A stretch of DNA of 64,000 bases from Mobula hypostoma. Lineage: Eukaryota. The stretch is taken from NCBI RefSeq assembly GCF_963921235.1, contig NC_086109.1, positions 33,420,001 through 33,484,000 of the forward strand, in the 5' to 3' direction. A program made the translations under genes and the position numbers. Below the pieces are notes generated by a model. It had not been told where the DNA came from and made no database searches. It saw nothing but the letters and a program-made list of their open reading frames with translations. Position 1 is the first letter of the stretch. Each line of letters opens with the position of its first letter. Shown here in pieces: positions 11,296-24,638 of the stretch.

Positions 11296-14134
11296 CTAAT
11301 TTGGAATAGCACCCATATGATGACTGAATCATTATACAGATAAATTCACTGGTTTTGCAGTTTCATTAACAGACTATTTAATATCCTGCCATTTTAATTT
11401 GCATCTAATATTAGATGTTATTGAAACTTAGATTTAACCTGCTAGCTAATATGGACAAGATAAACGTTGTATAATAAAAGTGCTCTTTCACGGCCTCCTG
11501 TGGCTTCAGGTATCAGAATTTTGAGTCTATGAAATCCTCTTTCACAAAGTGCTCAGGCTGCTTAACTAAACAAAATGAATTTTATGTTGTTTGACCATGA
11601 ACAAGTACAGAAATCTTTTATGCATTGAACAAAATGGCTGCCAAATTATAGTATGCCTCTTTAAATTGCTGTGTTTATCCTAGATATTTAATTGAAAACT
11701 GGCTTGAAGCAAATTTTTGGAGAAAGGACAATTAAAAGACTGTTTAAAGTTATGGAATACCCAGTTTATGGATAAGCAAATGAAATATTTCTTCTTAAAT
11801 GTCAATAGATATAATGAGGCAAAACTCAATAACGGTAATTTGTTAATCCATGTTCTTAAATATTTCTGTTTGAATACTGGTAAAGTACAACTTTCTTTAC
11901 TACTTATGAATGAATCTGCTTGTAAAGATTTTTCAGCAGGAGTCAGTTCATTACTCAGATTTCACATTATTTTGCAGTATTAGTACTGTGCTGAACAGAT
12001 GCAACTTTGGTTTCCGTATTCATAACTACCTCTTTTTAGTTTCATATTTTCTCGGTTGCTGCTGTACACAAAATACAATTCATCTGTGCATCTCCTTAAC
12101 CACTGATTAACTATGGTGAAGGTTTCAGGTATAACTCACATTGAGAGAAAAAAAATGTAAAGATTTGAGTTTGCTGCTTATTACATTACAAAAAAAAAAC
12201 AGTAAGTTGGTAAAAAGGAAAGAAAGGGGATTTGCATTGTAAATGTTACAGTTATTTAAGAAAATGTTCAAGATATGAATTTGCAATCTACTTGAAAGAC
12301 TCTGAAGCCACAGAAGATTGTCACAAGACATGTTGAGAGCTATAATGCTTGAATGTTATAACTGTAAATTCAAATTAATAGATTATAAAATGGCATCTGT
12401 TACGAAAACATTTAATGGTGTACCTGTATTGTATCATTCCCAAAATAGTTAATTTTTATGTAAAACTGATTGCTAGACAACTATTCTCATGTTAAACCCA
12501 TCCCCTTCAGTAGGCAGATCTTGGAACCACTAAAGATGGTAATTTGAGCACTGTTTCACAATATTTAGAATATATTTTAAACATTTTTTTCTAAATTTAA
12601 TTCTTCACTAATAAATTTGGAAAAATGTTTAGAATATTTATTTTAAATTACAAATCATGAATGTAAGTAGTTGTGTCTGGACTTCTTTCATAGTGTGTAA
12701 TCTACACTTTATAGCTGCCAACTGCTCTTTAGTATATCTTGATTGATATGCTGCCTCTTTAAACCAGATCTCATTATTCTGTTCATAGAGGCCATTCTTT
12801 GATCAGACACAATATCGTTATTTCAATGCCGCATAGTACAAGGAGAGGCACAAACCTGGATTCCAGCCACCATTTGGGGGTTCAGTGATGTTAAGGAAAG
12901 GAATACCAGACTGGAAACAGAAAAAATACTACGTATTGTGTAGATTTCTTTCTGTGGACATGAGTTCTTGTAATCTACCCTATGTCCATGCCATTTTACC
13001 ATATCCTTAATAGAAAGAGTACATCATCTTGGTAATTGTCAATGAACACAAACCCAATTCCCACATTGATGGGAAAATACTTGCATTGTTTTGTATCCAT
13101 GTGCATTGCTGTGATACAATGCATACAACCCATATAAGGTAAATAGAACACTGATGCATTAAGACTGTAGCAGTGGAGGAAAATGTTTTTGTGCAATCTT
13201 TGGAAGTAAATTGCAAATGTGTTTATACAGACTTTTATAATTTTGTTGCACCAAACATTAAGAGACTAATTCCCCTTCCTTCCAACACTGCCAAACCAAT
13301 GAGTTCAGTACCAAGATATACAATCTCTGTTCTGGTGGGTACCTGGATTATACTGTGGCGTCAGTGATCCTACATGTGTTTTATACTGCAAGGAACTGGA
13401 CTGACAGATATCAGATATGTTTTACAATTTTACCAACTCACTGTTTAAAAGTTGAAATTCATGGTGTTAGCTGTTTTACAAATTGGTGGATATTTGAATA
13501 CAAGTGAAGAGCTGATTACTGTATTGAAATAAAGCAAAGATGTTAACGAGACTTCAGAAAAGAAAAACACTTGTTATGCAAAGGAGATAAAGCACAGATT
13601 TGGATTGTACCTCAGTTAAATAAAAATCCTGGTTATGTTCAAGGCAAATCACAGAATGCCTACCTCAGGACAAATGTTGGTGAACCTGCTGACTTAATAC
13701 ATGCATAGTATAGAAAGTTTTACTGAAATCTCATATTTGCTAAACGATGTAAAGAGACAATGTTGTGGAAACATTTTATATTCATGATAGAAACTTGAAG
13801 CAGTGATTGTGAAAAATCTAAATAAATGTGTGTGATTAAGGGCACAACAGTTATACAATGTTATAGTTTAATATTTTCCCATCAGAAGTGTTTTGCATTC
13901 CAGTCATTTTTTAAAAATCTAATCTCTTGGCACTGTGGGAGTTTGGTACAGTACTTTAACATGTTTACTGATCAATAAAATGTGGCAGATGATTTGTACA
14001 TGAATGCCTTAGTTGTGTTTAATTGCTTACATTGATATTTTATTTTTTGAATGATGTTTGGTGCAACAATAAAAACAATGATTATTCAAACTCGTATTAT
14101 TGTGTGCCCTTTTGAACTGAAATTGTGCTTCTGT

Positions 14135-14150
14135 GCCGCCATCTGCTGGA
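14135..14150 (-). promoter_or_regulatory. Candidate CTCF binding site
   Basis: Minus strand reads TCCAGCAGATGGCGGC, close to the CTCF core CCASYAGRKGGCRS, in otherwise AT-rich DNA. Confidence 0.55.
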
Positions 14151-16646
14151 TTACTCATGACATTACATGCTCCTGTCAAAACACTTTTTGAAAACTTTTG
14201 ACTTAAAAAAAATCATAACTAATAGTTAATGTTACAGACCTGAGTACAGTTTTATGTGTTTAGTATTATCATGAAATAATCTTAGGGATGAAATAAAAGC
14301 ATTTTGAATAGTTGGGGTGTTTTTTTAATTAATGAAATGTACATTATTTCACAATAATATTAAATAAAACTCCAACAGTTCAGTACCCCTGGGACTTTGG
14401 AGCCAGATTTGCAGATTTTCTGGACTACTGGATTTTATTCTTCTAACTTGCTCTTTTTAGATGTTACACAGGTGCTATATAAATTTTCCAATGACCCTGG
14501 TGAGTTGAAAACGATCATGGCAACCAATGAGGTAGAAGGTACTGTAGGAGCCAAGGCCTTGGAGAGTTGACTGGCAGAAGCAGCAAACATCACTTGGTGA
14601 GCCATGTACCAAATTGTCAGGATTTCTGAATAGTTGGGATAGTGGATGGGTGTCTTAATGTAACATCCTTCTCGGTTAAAATCCTCACAGTACCTTATGA
14701 CATCAATTGCATTTGGGGGTACAAGACAATGAAGAAAAAAAATGTGGTAATTCAGTATACTTTGCCATAAAACTCAAATCATTTGTTGTGCAGTTTGCTG
14801 TCAACTATTAGCAAAAATATATTAAACTTATTGATTAAATTCAAAGCATTATTAAATTCTAATTATCACATCAGAAGTAATCAAATCCTGTGCTGAAACC
14901 ACAATAATGAGTGATGCAGTTTAAATTCGGTGTTATTGTCAGGTGTACAGAATTGGAAAGTGTCAACAGCTTATTGGGAAGTACAGGTTCTCAGCACATT
15001 AGCAGGGATTGGGGTATAGTCAGTGCATAACTTTTTCTTGATTTCAAGAGGTGAATTAAAGAATGAAAGGTTGGCATTTATGATGGTGAGGAGTACGGGA
15101 AGAAAACGGAGGATTTAGCAAGATGGTTGGACTCTTGTTAGAGATTTTCAGTACCTGGGATTCTATGGAATACATTACTTGGTACTTGGCCTTGCCCGAG
15201 TATTGCCGATGCCTTGTTGCATGGAATGAGGGACTGCTTAAGTACTTGTCGATTTATGAAGGGAATTGGACTAAGAGGTTCGGAGTTAGTAGTCCTGATG
15301 AACCTCCAGTATTATTGACCAGGTTACAAATGAGTAAGTGCCGATTGTTGACAGGACATTCCATCACTTGCTGTTCATTGAGAATAAGTAGGTGTGGCAG
15401 GAATTTCCAGGTTTGATTTGCCTTAATTTTAGTGAACAAGACAAACTTGTACAATTTTCATTGCCACATAGAAGCTAATGTTTTGTTTGTCAGGAATATT
15501 TCTGATTTCTGAATTTTTTCCCTTTTTAAAAAAAATAATCTACATCTTTAGTCCTTTTACCAAAATGCATGACCGTGCACTACCCTGCATGATATTCCAT
15601 CTGCCATTCTTTGCCCTTTCTGCTAATCCATCTTGTCCTTTTTCAGACTCCCAACTTTCTCAACACTGTCTGCCCTTCCACCTGCCTTTGTACCATCTGC
15701 ATTCTTGGCCACAAAGCCATCAGTTGCATCATGCAATTCAATGACGTGAAAAGAAGCAATAGAATCCAATACATTTCTCAAGGAAGATTTCCCCCTTAAG
15801 GCAACCATGCTGATTTCAGCCTATTTTATCTTGTGCAATCAAATACCCCGAAACCTCATCCTCAATAATGGACTCCAACATCTTATCAAGCATTGAAGTC
15901 GGGCTAACTGGCCTATATTTGTTTGTCTTTTGCATCCTTCCTCAAAGTGTGAAGTGGCATTTGCAAGTTTCCAGTCCTCCAGAAAATACCCTCGTCTTTG
16001 TGACAGTTGACTCAATATGGCGGCTTGGATTAAGTGGCTGACAATATTTCAATGGGACTTGTGACTGCAAAGTCCTGTACTCTGCAGGGTCTCTGCAGAG
16101 CCATTCTCAGGGTTGCAACTTGGAAAATCCATTGGTACATGTGACGTAACTGTCCCGATCTCACTACTCCCAGGAAGATCCGAGAGAAAAATTGTGAAAC
16201 AGAAATGCCAGATGTCATTTGTATAATACAAATGTTGAAGCATTTCTGTTTTCTTTAATGTAGTTCAACTTTTGAAATTTCTTGTTGGGTAAATAATTTA
16301 GAGTTCGTCATCTGAATTATTTTTGTTGTAATGCCACAAAGACTAAAGCAAATGTTATCAACAAATTTTGGCATAAAGTCGGTTGCTGAAATGTTTAAAA
16401 ATGTTGGCTTTGACTCGTGATTTTCATATCAGAGCACACTGAATAATATGTCCAAATGAACCTTTTTTTTATAAAAATACAATATTTTTGTTTAAAATCA
16501 AAAGATTGTTTAACATAATCTGTGCTTTTGGGTTTTTATTAGTGTAGTACAATTGAGGTATATTACACCCTCCTGCAAAATGAATGATGTTTAAAATGTG
16601 GTGCATTTCTGTAGCTATTCCTGCTTTTGGTATTACTGTAACCTCT

Positions 16647-18153
16647 TTTGAGGGTCCAAGTATTTTAAAATTTGAAGTTCATAATGCAATAAACAAATAA
16701 GATGAAGAAAGGAAAGGCAGCAGGTCCTGCTGAATTAGTAATAGAACAAATTATCACCCTTGAAGATTATGGAATTGAAAAACTTATTGATTTAATCAAT
16801 GACATTTATGAGACTGGAATAATACCAGAAGAGATGAAAAAATCAGTATTTATCATTCTTCCTAAGAAACCTGGAGCAATAGAATGTGAATTACAAAGGA
16901 CCATAAGTTTAATGAGTCATATCACCAAGATACTTCTAAGAATTTTGATGACAAGAGCTAAAAGTAAGATACAAGCTGAAATAGGCAAAGAACAATGTGG
17001 TTTTGTGAAAGCCAAAGGTACAAGAAACACAATATTCATGTTGAGGATACTATCAGAACAGGCTATTCAAATACAAAAAGATTTGTTTTATCGACTACAC
17101 AAAAGCATTTGATAAAGTGAAGTACAATAAGTTATTTGAAATATTACAGAAAACTCTACATCTAGATTTGAAAGACCTCCGCCTAATCAGAAATCTGTAC
17201 TGGGAACAAACTGCCGCTGTAAGAATAGATGGAGAAGTGAGTCAGTTTACAAAAATCAAGAGGCGTTAGACAAGAGTGTGTTTTCTCCCTGATTTATTTA
17301 ATGTGTACAGTGAAACAATATTACAAAAAATAAGAGACATCTTGGGAATCAAAGTTGGCGGTGAAAACATCAATAATTTCAGATATGCAGATGACACTGT
17401 TAATTGCAAGTACAGAGGAAGAACTACAAAACTTAATTGATGTAATTGTTGAAGAAAGTGCAAAAATGGGTCTGTCTGTCAATTGCAAAAAGACAAAATG
17501 TATGGTGATATCCAAAAAGAAGGAGAATCCTATCTGCAGGCTGAGAATAAACGGGGAAGACATAAAACAAGTACAGAACTTTTGCTACTTAGGAAACTGG
17601 GTGACATTAGATGGCAGGTGCGACTTGGACATCAAAAGAAGAATAGGGATGGCAAAAAACACCTTTACGAGAATGAAGAGTATACTGACCAATACTAAAT
17701 TAGGCATGACAACCTGCCTCAGTGCTGAAATGTTACGTTTATCCAGTTATGTTATATGGCTCAGAATGTTGGACAATATCTAGTAACATGAGGAGATGAA
17801 TTGTAGCAGCAGAGATGTGGTTTTTGAGAAGGATGCAAAGAATATCATGGACAAAACAAATATCTGATGAGGATGTCATGAACAGAGCAAACACAAAAAG
17901 AGATTAATGTATGAGATCATGAAAAGGCAATGTGACTTCATTGGATGTGATTAGGAAAGAGGAGTTAGAATGCATGGTAATTATGGGAAAGATTGGAGGG
18001 AAGAAAGCAAGAGGAAGACAAAGACAAATGATGATGGAGACAGCAGCCAGAGAACTGGAAATGAATACCAATGAATTGATCAACTTGACCCGAAACAGGA
18101 GTGTGTGGGCCATGGCAGTCAAAGCTCAAACTGGGCATGGCACCTGATGATGA
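16647..18153 (+). mobile_element. 5'-truncated RTE-clade LINE with frameshifted reverse transcriptase
   Basis: KKGKAAGP...LPKKPGAIECELQRTISLMSHITKILLRI, RYADDT region, FCYLG and a (TGA)n tail. 10-bp TSD TGTAACCTCT at 16637-16646 and 18154-18163. Confidence 0.92.
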
Positions 18154-18175
18154 TGTAACCTCTAACCTCTGTTTG

Positions 18176-20502
18176 CAGTGCCTTGAAAAAGTATTCATCC
18201 CCTAACCCTTTGTTCACATAAATCAGTATGACAATCAGGGATTTTGATGAATTTAACTGACAATTTATATTCATGAATGGGATGCTCTTTTGTTCACAGT
18301 AGAGCCCAAGAAACAGGGAAAATAGTAAAGCAAGAAAAAGTAAAATTTCAAAAGCTGTAATGTCAGGAGTTCAAAAGTATTCATCCCCTCCTTTGCTCAG
18401 TACTTAGTTGAACCAACTCTCGCAGCTAGTAGTCTTTTTGGATAAATTTCTGTTAGCACAATGCGATGAAGCAAAATTGCTCAAGCTGTGCCAGGTTAGT
18501 TGGGGAGGGTGGTGGAACAATCTTGAGGTCTTGTCAGAGATGTTCGATGGGGTTAAGCTTAGGACTCTGACTGGACTACTCAAGGATATCAGTTGTCTTC
18601 ATCTGAAGCCACTCCATGGTTGCTCTGGCAGTGTTCTTTGGGTTGTTACTGACTGAAAGACAAACTTGCTCTCCAGTTTAAGGTTTCTGGCAGAGGCTAG
18701 CAAGTTTTTATCCAGGATCTCTTAGTGATCTTACAACCAAACATACAGTATCTCTCCCCCCCGCCCCCCCCCAACTTCCCTTGGTGATTCCCTTGTCCAT
18801 TTGTCCATTCTCACTAATCTCCCAGCACTTAACCCTGCAAGTGGCCAAAATGCTGCTCCTGCCCATTCACCTCCTTCCTCCCATTCAGGGCCCCAAGCAG
18901 TCCTTCCAGGTGAGGCAGCACTTCACCTGTGAATCTGTTGGGATCATCTACTCTGTGCAATACCCCCGATGCTGCGTCCTTTACGTGGATGAGACCTGTT
19001 GTAAATTGGGAGACGGCTTCATCGAACTCCTCTGCTCCATCTGCAAAAACTGCAACTTCCTGGTGTCCAAACATTTTAATTCTGATTCCCATTCCATTTC
19101 CAACATCTTGGTCCATAGCTTTCTCTTGTGCCATTATGAGGCCACCCTCAGGGTGGAGGAGCAACATCTTACATTCCGTCTGGGTAGCCTCCAACCTGAT
19201 TGCATGAATATCAGTTTCTCCTTCCGGTAAAAATATTTTTCCCTTCCTTCTGTTCTTCTATTCCCCACTTTGGCCTCTCAGCTTTTCTCACCAGTCTGTC
19301 CCCTCCACCCACGTCCCCTCCTCCTCTTTCTCCACTCTCCTCTCGTATCAGATTCTTTCCTTTCCAGTCCTTTATATTTCCTATCCACCTGGCCTCACCT
19401 ATTGCCTACCAGCTATCCTCTTTTCCTTCCCCTCACCTTTTTATTTTGGCATCTTCAGCCTTCATTTCCAGTCCCGAAGAAATGTCTCGTCCCAAATCAT
19501 CAACTGTTTTTTTATTTCCATAGATGCTACCTGACCTGCTGAATTTCTCCAGCACTTTGTGTGTGCCTCTTTGTTTTTAGCAGCATTCATCTTCCCAGCA
19601 AACCTGACCAGATTTCCAGTCCCTGCTGCTGAAAAGCATCTCCATTGCATGATGCTACCCTCCATTATACTTTATGATAGGGATGGTTTTACTGGCTGAT
19701 CTGCAGTATCAGATTTATGCCACGCATACTACATAGAGTTGAGGCCAAGAAGTCTCCCCTTTTTCCACATCCTTACAGTATCTTCTAAGTGATGCTTTGT
19801 AAAGTCTTTACAAGCAAGAATATGTTTTTTTTTTTAGCCAGGGGTTCTTTCTTACCACACTTTCATAAATACCCTTTTTGTGCAAGGCCTTAGAGATTGT
19901 AGAGTCATGAACTTCGTCTCCAGGTCCAGCCACTGACTGTTAGCGTCATAGTCACCACTCTTACAAGTGCCATACTTCTCTGGGGCAGCCTGACATAGGC
20001 TGTGTGGCAATCATTTCATATTTTTTCCACTGATGAACTGCACTGAACTTCAAGATATGCGGCCTTTGAGATGGTGTTGTGCTGTTCCCTGACCTTGTCT
20101 TGAATGCTCTTTTGTCTTCATTTTGGTATGGTCTGTTGAAAATGTACCATACTGTTGGATCTTACAGAGAGACAGGGTATTTATTCTTATGAATTTATTG
20201 AAAACAAGTGATCCTCCAATTTTCTACATCAATAAATTGGGTGATTTGGTAAGGTCTTATATTGTAGCTGAGTAAAGTTAGTGTAGTAATTACAAAGGTG
20301 ATGAATACTTTTTCAGCCTCAAATTTTGGTTTTTAATTTTTAGCAAATTGTTGACAAGATTTGGAATTTTTCTTTTGAAATATGATGCACACTGTTTTGT
20401 AGATTAGCTCAAAAATCCTGCTCCAATATATTTTAAATTTAGAAAATGAGACAGTAAAATGTGAAAATAGTTGTGGGGGCTGAAGACTTTTTCAAGGCAC
20501 TG
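18176..20502 (-). mobile_element. Tc1-like DNA transposon (decayed, IR/DR type)
   Basis: TIRs CAGTGCCTTGAAAAAGTATTCA and TGAAGACTTTTTCAAGGCACTG followed by TA. Inner repeats near 18373 and 20297. Transposase remnant GSIMQWRCFSAAGTGNLVRFAGKMNAAK. Confidence 0.88.
18724..19566 (+). mobile_element. Penelope-like element 3' part (GIY-YIG endonuclease remnant plus terminal repeat), nested in the Tc1
   Basis: ORF 18781-19230 GPKQSFQVRQHFTCES..IIYS...C..LYVDET...HFNSDSHS, a pyrimidine-rich spacer, then a degenerate hammerhead-bearing terminal repeat at about 19470-19566. Confidence 0.85.
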
Positions 20503-20723
20503 TATGCATTCTTTTGTGTTGTCATCCAAAAGAACTCGCCTTTTTAGAAAACTTACTCTTCTTTGCTGGGCAAGGACAGACCTTTGAATTAAATAGCCTT
20601 GCTCAGAAAACCTGAGATGTAAAAGCAAGCTTTATTTCACCGCTGCTTTCTCCTCCTTTCACAGAGATGTGGAAGTCCGCAAAGTATTGTGTTGCTTTTC
20701 AGCTTTCATCACACAAAACCTTT

Positions 20724-21020
20724 AGAATCGGAATCAAAATCAGGTTTAATGTCACTGACATATGTCATGAAATGTGTTGTTTTGTAGCAGCAATACAGCA
20801 CAATACATAAATTACAATTATATATAAAATATAATTGTGCAAAAAGAGAACAAAAATGTGAGGCAGTGTTCATGGGTTTGTTCATTGTCCATTCAGGAAT
20901 CTGACAGCAGAGGGGAAGAAGCTGTTCCTAAAATGTTGAATGTGTATATTCAGGGTCCTGACTACCTCCCTGATGGCAGAAATGAGAAAAGGGCATATCT
21001 GCCTTCTTGAGGCATCAGCT
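20724..21020 (-). mobile_element. Rex1/Babar-type LINE 3' end
   Basis: Similar to 1148-1605. Confidence 0.6.
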
Positions 21021-21896
21021 TGAACTAAAGGATCCAAGTCCTTTTAAAGTATTTATCAATAAAATTAGCAATCAGAAATTGGCATGGATCTAAAATTTAT
21101 AATTATAGTTTGCATTCTTTAACTATTAATTTTTCAACAGTCTGTAAAATTGTGCCTCCGGGTTTGATGAAAAGTGCAGTCAGTCTCTTAAATTAACTGC
21201 CTGATGATTTTTCATTGCTATGACAATCATGGTATTGCGGTGACGAATTCAAAGAATACATGCAACATACTTACTGGTTTCAGACACAGACTGGTTTCTC
21301 TCAGATGTGTTTGACGTCTTTGCAGAGGAAAAAGAAACATTAAAGCTGCTCAGTTCATCAAGCTGGCTCCCCTTGTGTTTACTTTTATCTTTAAAAAAGA
21401 AAGAACTCTGTAGGCTTTGAAAGTGCATCCACTGTGCTGTCTGTGAAGAAGGTTTTCGTGTGACTCTTGAGACTGAAATGCATGATCATTGCTGTAAATC
21501 GAAAGTTAACTATAAATGTCTCAGCTCTGCAGCTTGTAATTCTGGTTTTAATTTTCACACATTCCATCTATTATTCAGGCTCAAGGTTCATTAATACTAA
21601 CCTAATTTAAGTAAGGAGATCTTTTAAGGTATTTTGGTATGTGCAGTTTCTACTCAAGGCTTTGAAGGCTATTCTTTGGAAAGCAACATGTTTTACTTAG
21701 GAGGAATGTCAGAAATGTGGATTTCTAGATCAAGTATCACATGATTTAAGAACAAAGTAGATATCTTTATGTTTATGGAAGAAAAGGCCTGTTAGCATAT
21801 ACAGGATGTGTAGAAAGGTTTGGAAGTTGCAGCACAATGTTGAGAGAAACATTAAGCATAAAGAAGTACTGGACTTAGTAAATAAAGGGGCAGGGT

Positions 21897-22224
21897 ATAA
21901 ACCCTGTCGTAGTTTGGAGGCTTACGTGACTCCATGACCCAGACAGCTATGTTAACTAGTGTCGGGGCTTTATGCTTTGGCACTTGGTAGATTTCACCCA
22001 TGTCAAACAGGTCAAAGGTTAGAGGCCAGACTAAGAGTGATCTCCCAGCCTTCCAGGTTTGGGGGGTTCAGCTCAGGGCTAACAATCCTGACTGGTCAAA
22101 CAAAACTTGCGGAAACAGCAATGAAGAAACCTTATGCATCTGTGTGGCCAAGAATAGAGAGAAATGGAGGACCTTCATTGCAGCCCTAAATTCCAGCAGC
22201 ATAACAGGTAGTGGTAAGTAAGTA
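21897..22224 (+). mobile_element. RTE-derived non-autonomous element (5' UTR-like part joined to 3' end)
   Basis: The 5' part resembles RTE/BovB 5'UTRs. The 3' part translates AKNREKWRTFIAAL and ends in a (TAAG)n tail. A second copy lies on the minus strand at about 37735-38165. Confidence 0.65.
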
Positions 22225-24638
22225 TAAAGCAAGGAAGGTACGTTGAACATCAGTTAGGCCCCAAAAGGAAAATTGCATCCATTTATAGACACTATCCTTG
22301 AGGAAGGGTGTGGATACCCTAGATACTGGGCTTTGGTCATAGAGTCACAGAGCACTACAGCTCAGAAACAGGCCCTTTGGCCCATCTAGTCCATGCCAAA
22401 CCAATAATCTGTCTTGTCCCATTGATCTGCACCAGACCATAGCCCTCCATACCCCTCCCTCCTCTTAAATGCTGAAATTGACCCAGCGTCCACCACCTGC
22501 AACATCTACACTCTCACCATCCTCTGACTGAAGAAGTTCCCCCTCATGTTCCCCTTAAACATTTCACTTCTCACCCTTAACCCATGACCTCTAGTCGTAG
22601 TCTCACCCAACCTGCATGCTTGCATTTACCCTGTCTCTACCCCTCATAATTTTGTGTATCTTTATCAACTATTCCCTCAGTCTTCTACATTCTAGGGAAT
22701 AAAGTCCCAATTTATTCAATCTTTCTCTGTAATTCAGGTTCTCAAGTCCCCAGCAAAATACTTAAAAATTTTTGCTGAACTCTTTCAATCTTATTTATAC
22801 CTTTCCTGTAGGTAGGTGTCCAAATAGACACAATACAACAAATAAGGCCTCACCAATGGGTTAAACAGTTTCAACATAAAACCCCAACACCTGTACACAA
22901 TACATTGATGTATGAAGGCCAAAAAATTTCTTTACAACCATATCTACCTGTGACATTATTTTCAAAGAATGATGGATATGTATTCCTAGATCCCTCTGTT
23001 CTACTGCTTTCCTCAGTGCCCTACTGCTCACTGTGTGAGACCTACACTGGTTGGTCCTCTCAAAGTGCAACAGCTCACACTTGTCTGCATTAAATTCCAT
23101 TTTCCATTTTTTAGCCAATTTCATCAGCTAGTCCAAATCCTGCTGCAAGCTCTGATAGTCTTCCTCACTGTCCACTACACCCCCGATTTTGGAGTCATTC
23201 TCAAATTTGCTGAAAAAGTTTACCACATTATCATTCAAATTGTTTCTATATATGACCAACAGCAACAGACCCAGCACCGATCCCTGTGATCCTCCACTAG
23301 TCACAGTCCTCCAGTCAGCAAGGCAGACACCTATAACCACTCTCTAAGCCAATGTCTAATACAATTTACTGCCTCATCTTGAATACCGAGTGACTGAACA
23401 TTCTTGACCGACCTTCCACGCGGAATCTTGTCAAAGGTCTTGCTGAAGTCCATGTAGACAACATCCACTGCCCTGAACTTAGAAACATAGAAAACTTTCT
23501 TGATAACTTCCTCAAAAAAAACTCTATAAGATTGGTATGACACGACTTACCAAACACAAAACCATGTTGACTATCTCCAGTCAGTCTCTGTCTATCCAAA
23601 TATATATAGTCTCTTAGAATACATTCCAATAACTTTCTCACTACTGATGTCAGGCTCACTGGCCTATAATTTCCCAGCTTATTCTGAAAGCCTTTCTTAA
23701 ACAACAGAACAACGTTAGTTATTCTCCAATCCTCCAGCACCTCACCCGTGACTCAGGATGGTTTAAATATCTCTGCTAGGAACCCTGCATTTTCTGCACT
23801 AGCCTCCCACAGGGGTCGAGGGAACACATTTGTAGAACCCTGGGGATTTATCCACCGTAATTTGCCTCAAATAACCTGTACAGGGTCCATGATCTTGTAG
23901 CTGCATTGCCTCACTTCTATAGACTCTGTGTCCATCTCCCAAGTAAATACAAATGCTAAAAATTCATTTTGGATTGCCCCTCCTTTTTTGGCTCCACTGA
24001 TTGATTGCCACTTTGACTCTCCAGGGGACCAATTTTGTCCCTTGCGATCCTTCTGCTTTTAATATATCTGCAGAATCTCTTAGGATTCTGCATCACCTTG
24101 TCTGAAATTCATGTCTTATTTTAGCCCTCCTGATTTCCTTTTTAAGTTTTCTCTTGCATTTCTTTTACCCCATAAATACCTCATTTGTTCCTACCTGCCT
24201 ATTCCTGCTACAGACCTCCTTCTTAACCAGGGTCTCAATTTCTCTTGAAAACCAAGATTTCCTAAATCTGTTAACCTTGCCTTTTATTCTGACAGGAACA
24301 CTGTACTCTCAAAATTTCACACAATGAAGGCCTCCCATTTAGGCCAGTGAACAATCTGTCCCAATCCACACTTGCCAGGTTCTTTCTGATACATACAAAA
24401 CTGCCTTTTCTCTAATTTAGAATCTCATCCCAAGGACCAGATCTATCCTCTTCTATAATTACTTTGAAACTAATGCATTATAATGAATACATGCAAAGTG
24501 TTCCCCTACAGAAACTTCTGTCACCCGCCCTGTCTCACTCCCTAATAAGAGATCTACTATCACACTCTCTCTATTTGGGACTTCTATGTACTTATTAAGG
24601 AAACTTTCCTGAACACATTTGACAAACTCTTTTCTATC

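Larger units (their letters stand above)
8705..14095 (+). other. HMGA1: Putative long HMGA1 3'UTR
   Basis: AT-rich, nearly transposon-free tract after the stop, with multiple miRNA seed matches. AATAAA at 13974-13979 and 14068-14073, each followed by GT/T-rich sequence. The 3' end is inferred. Confidence 0.65.
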
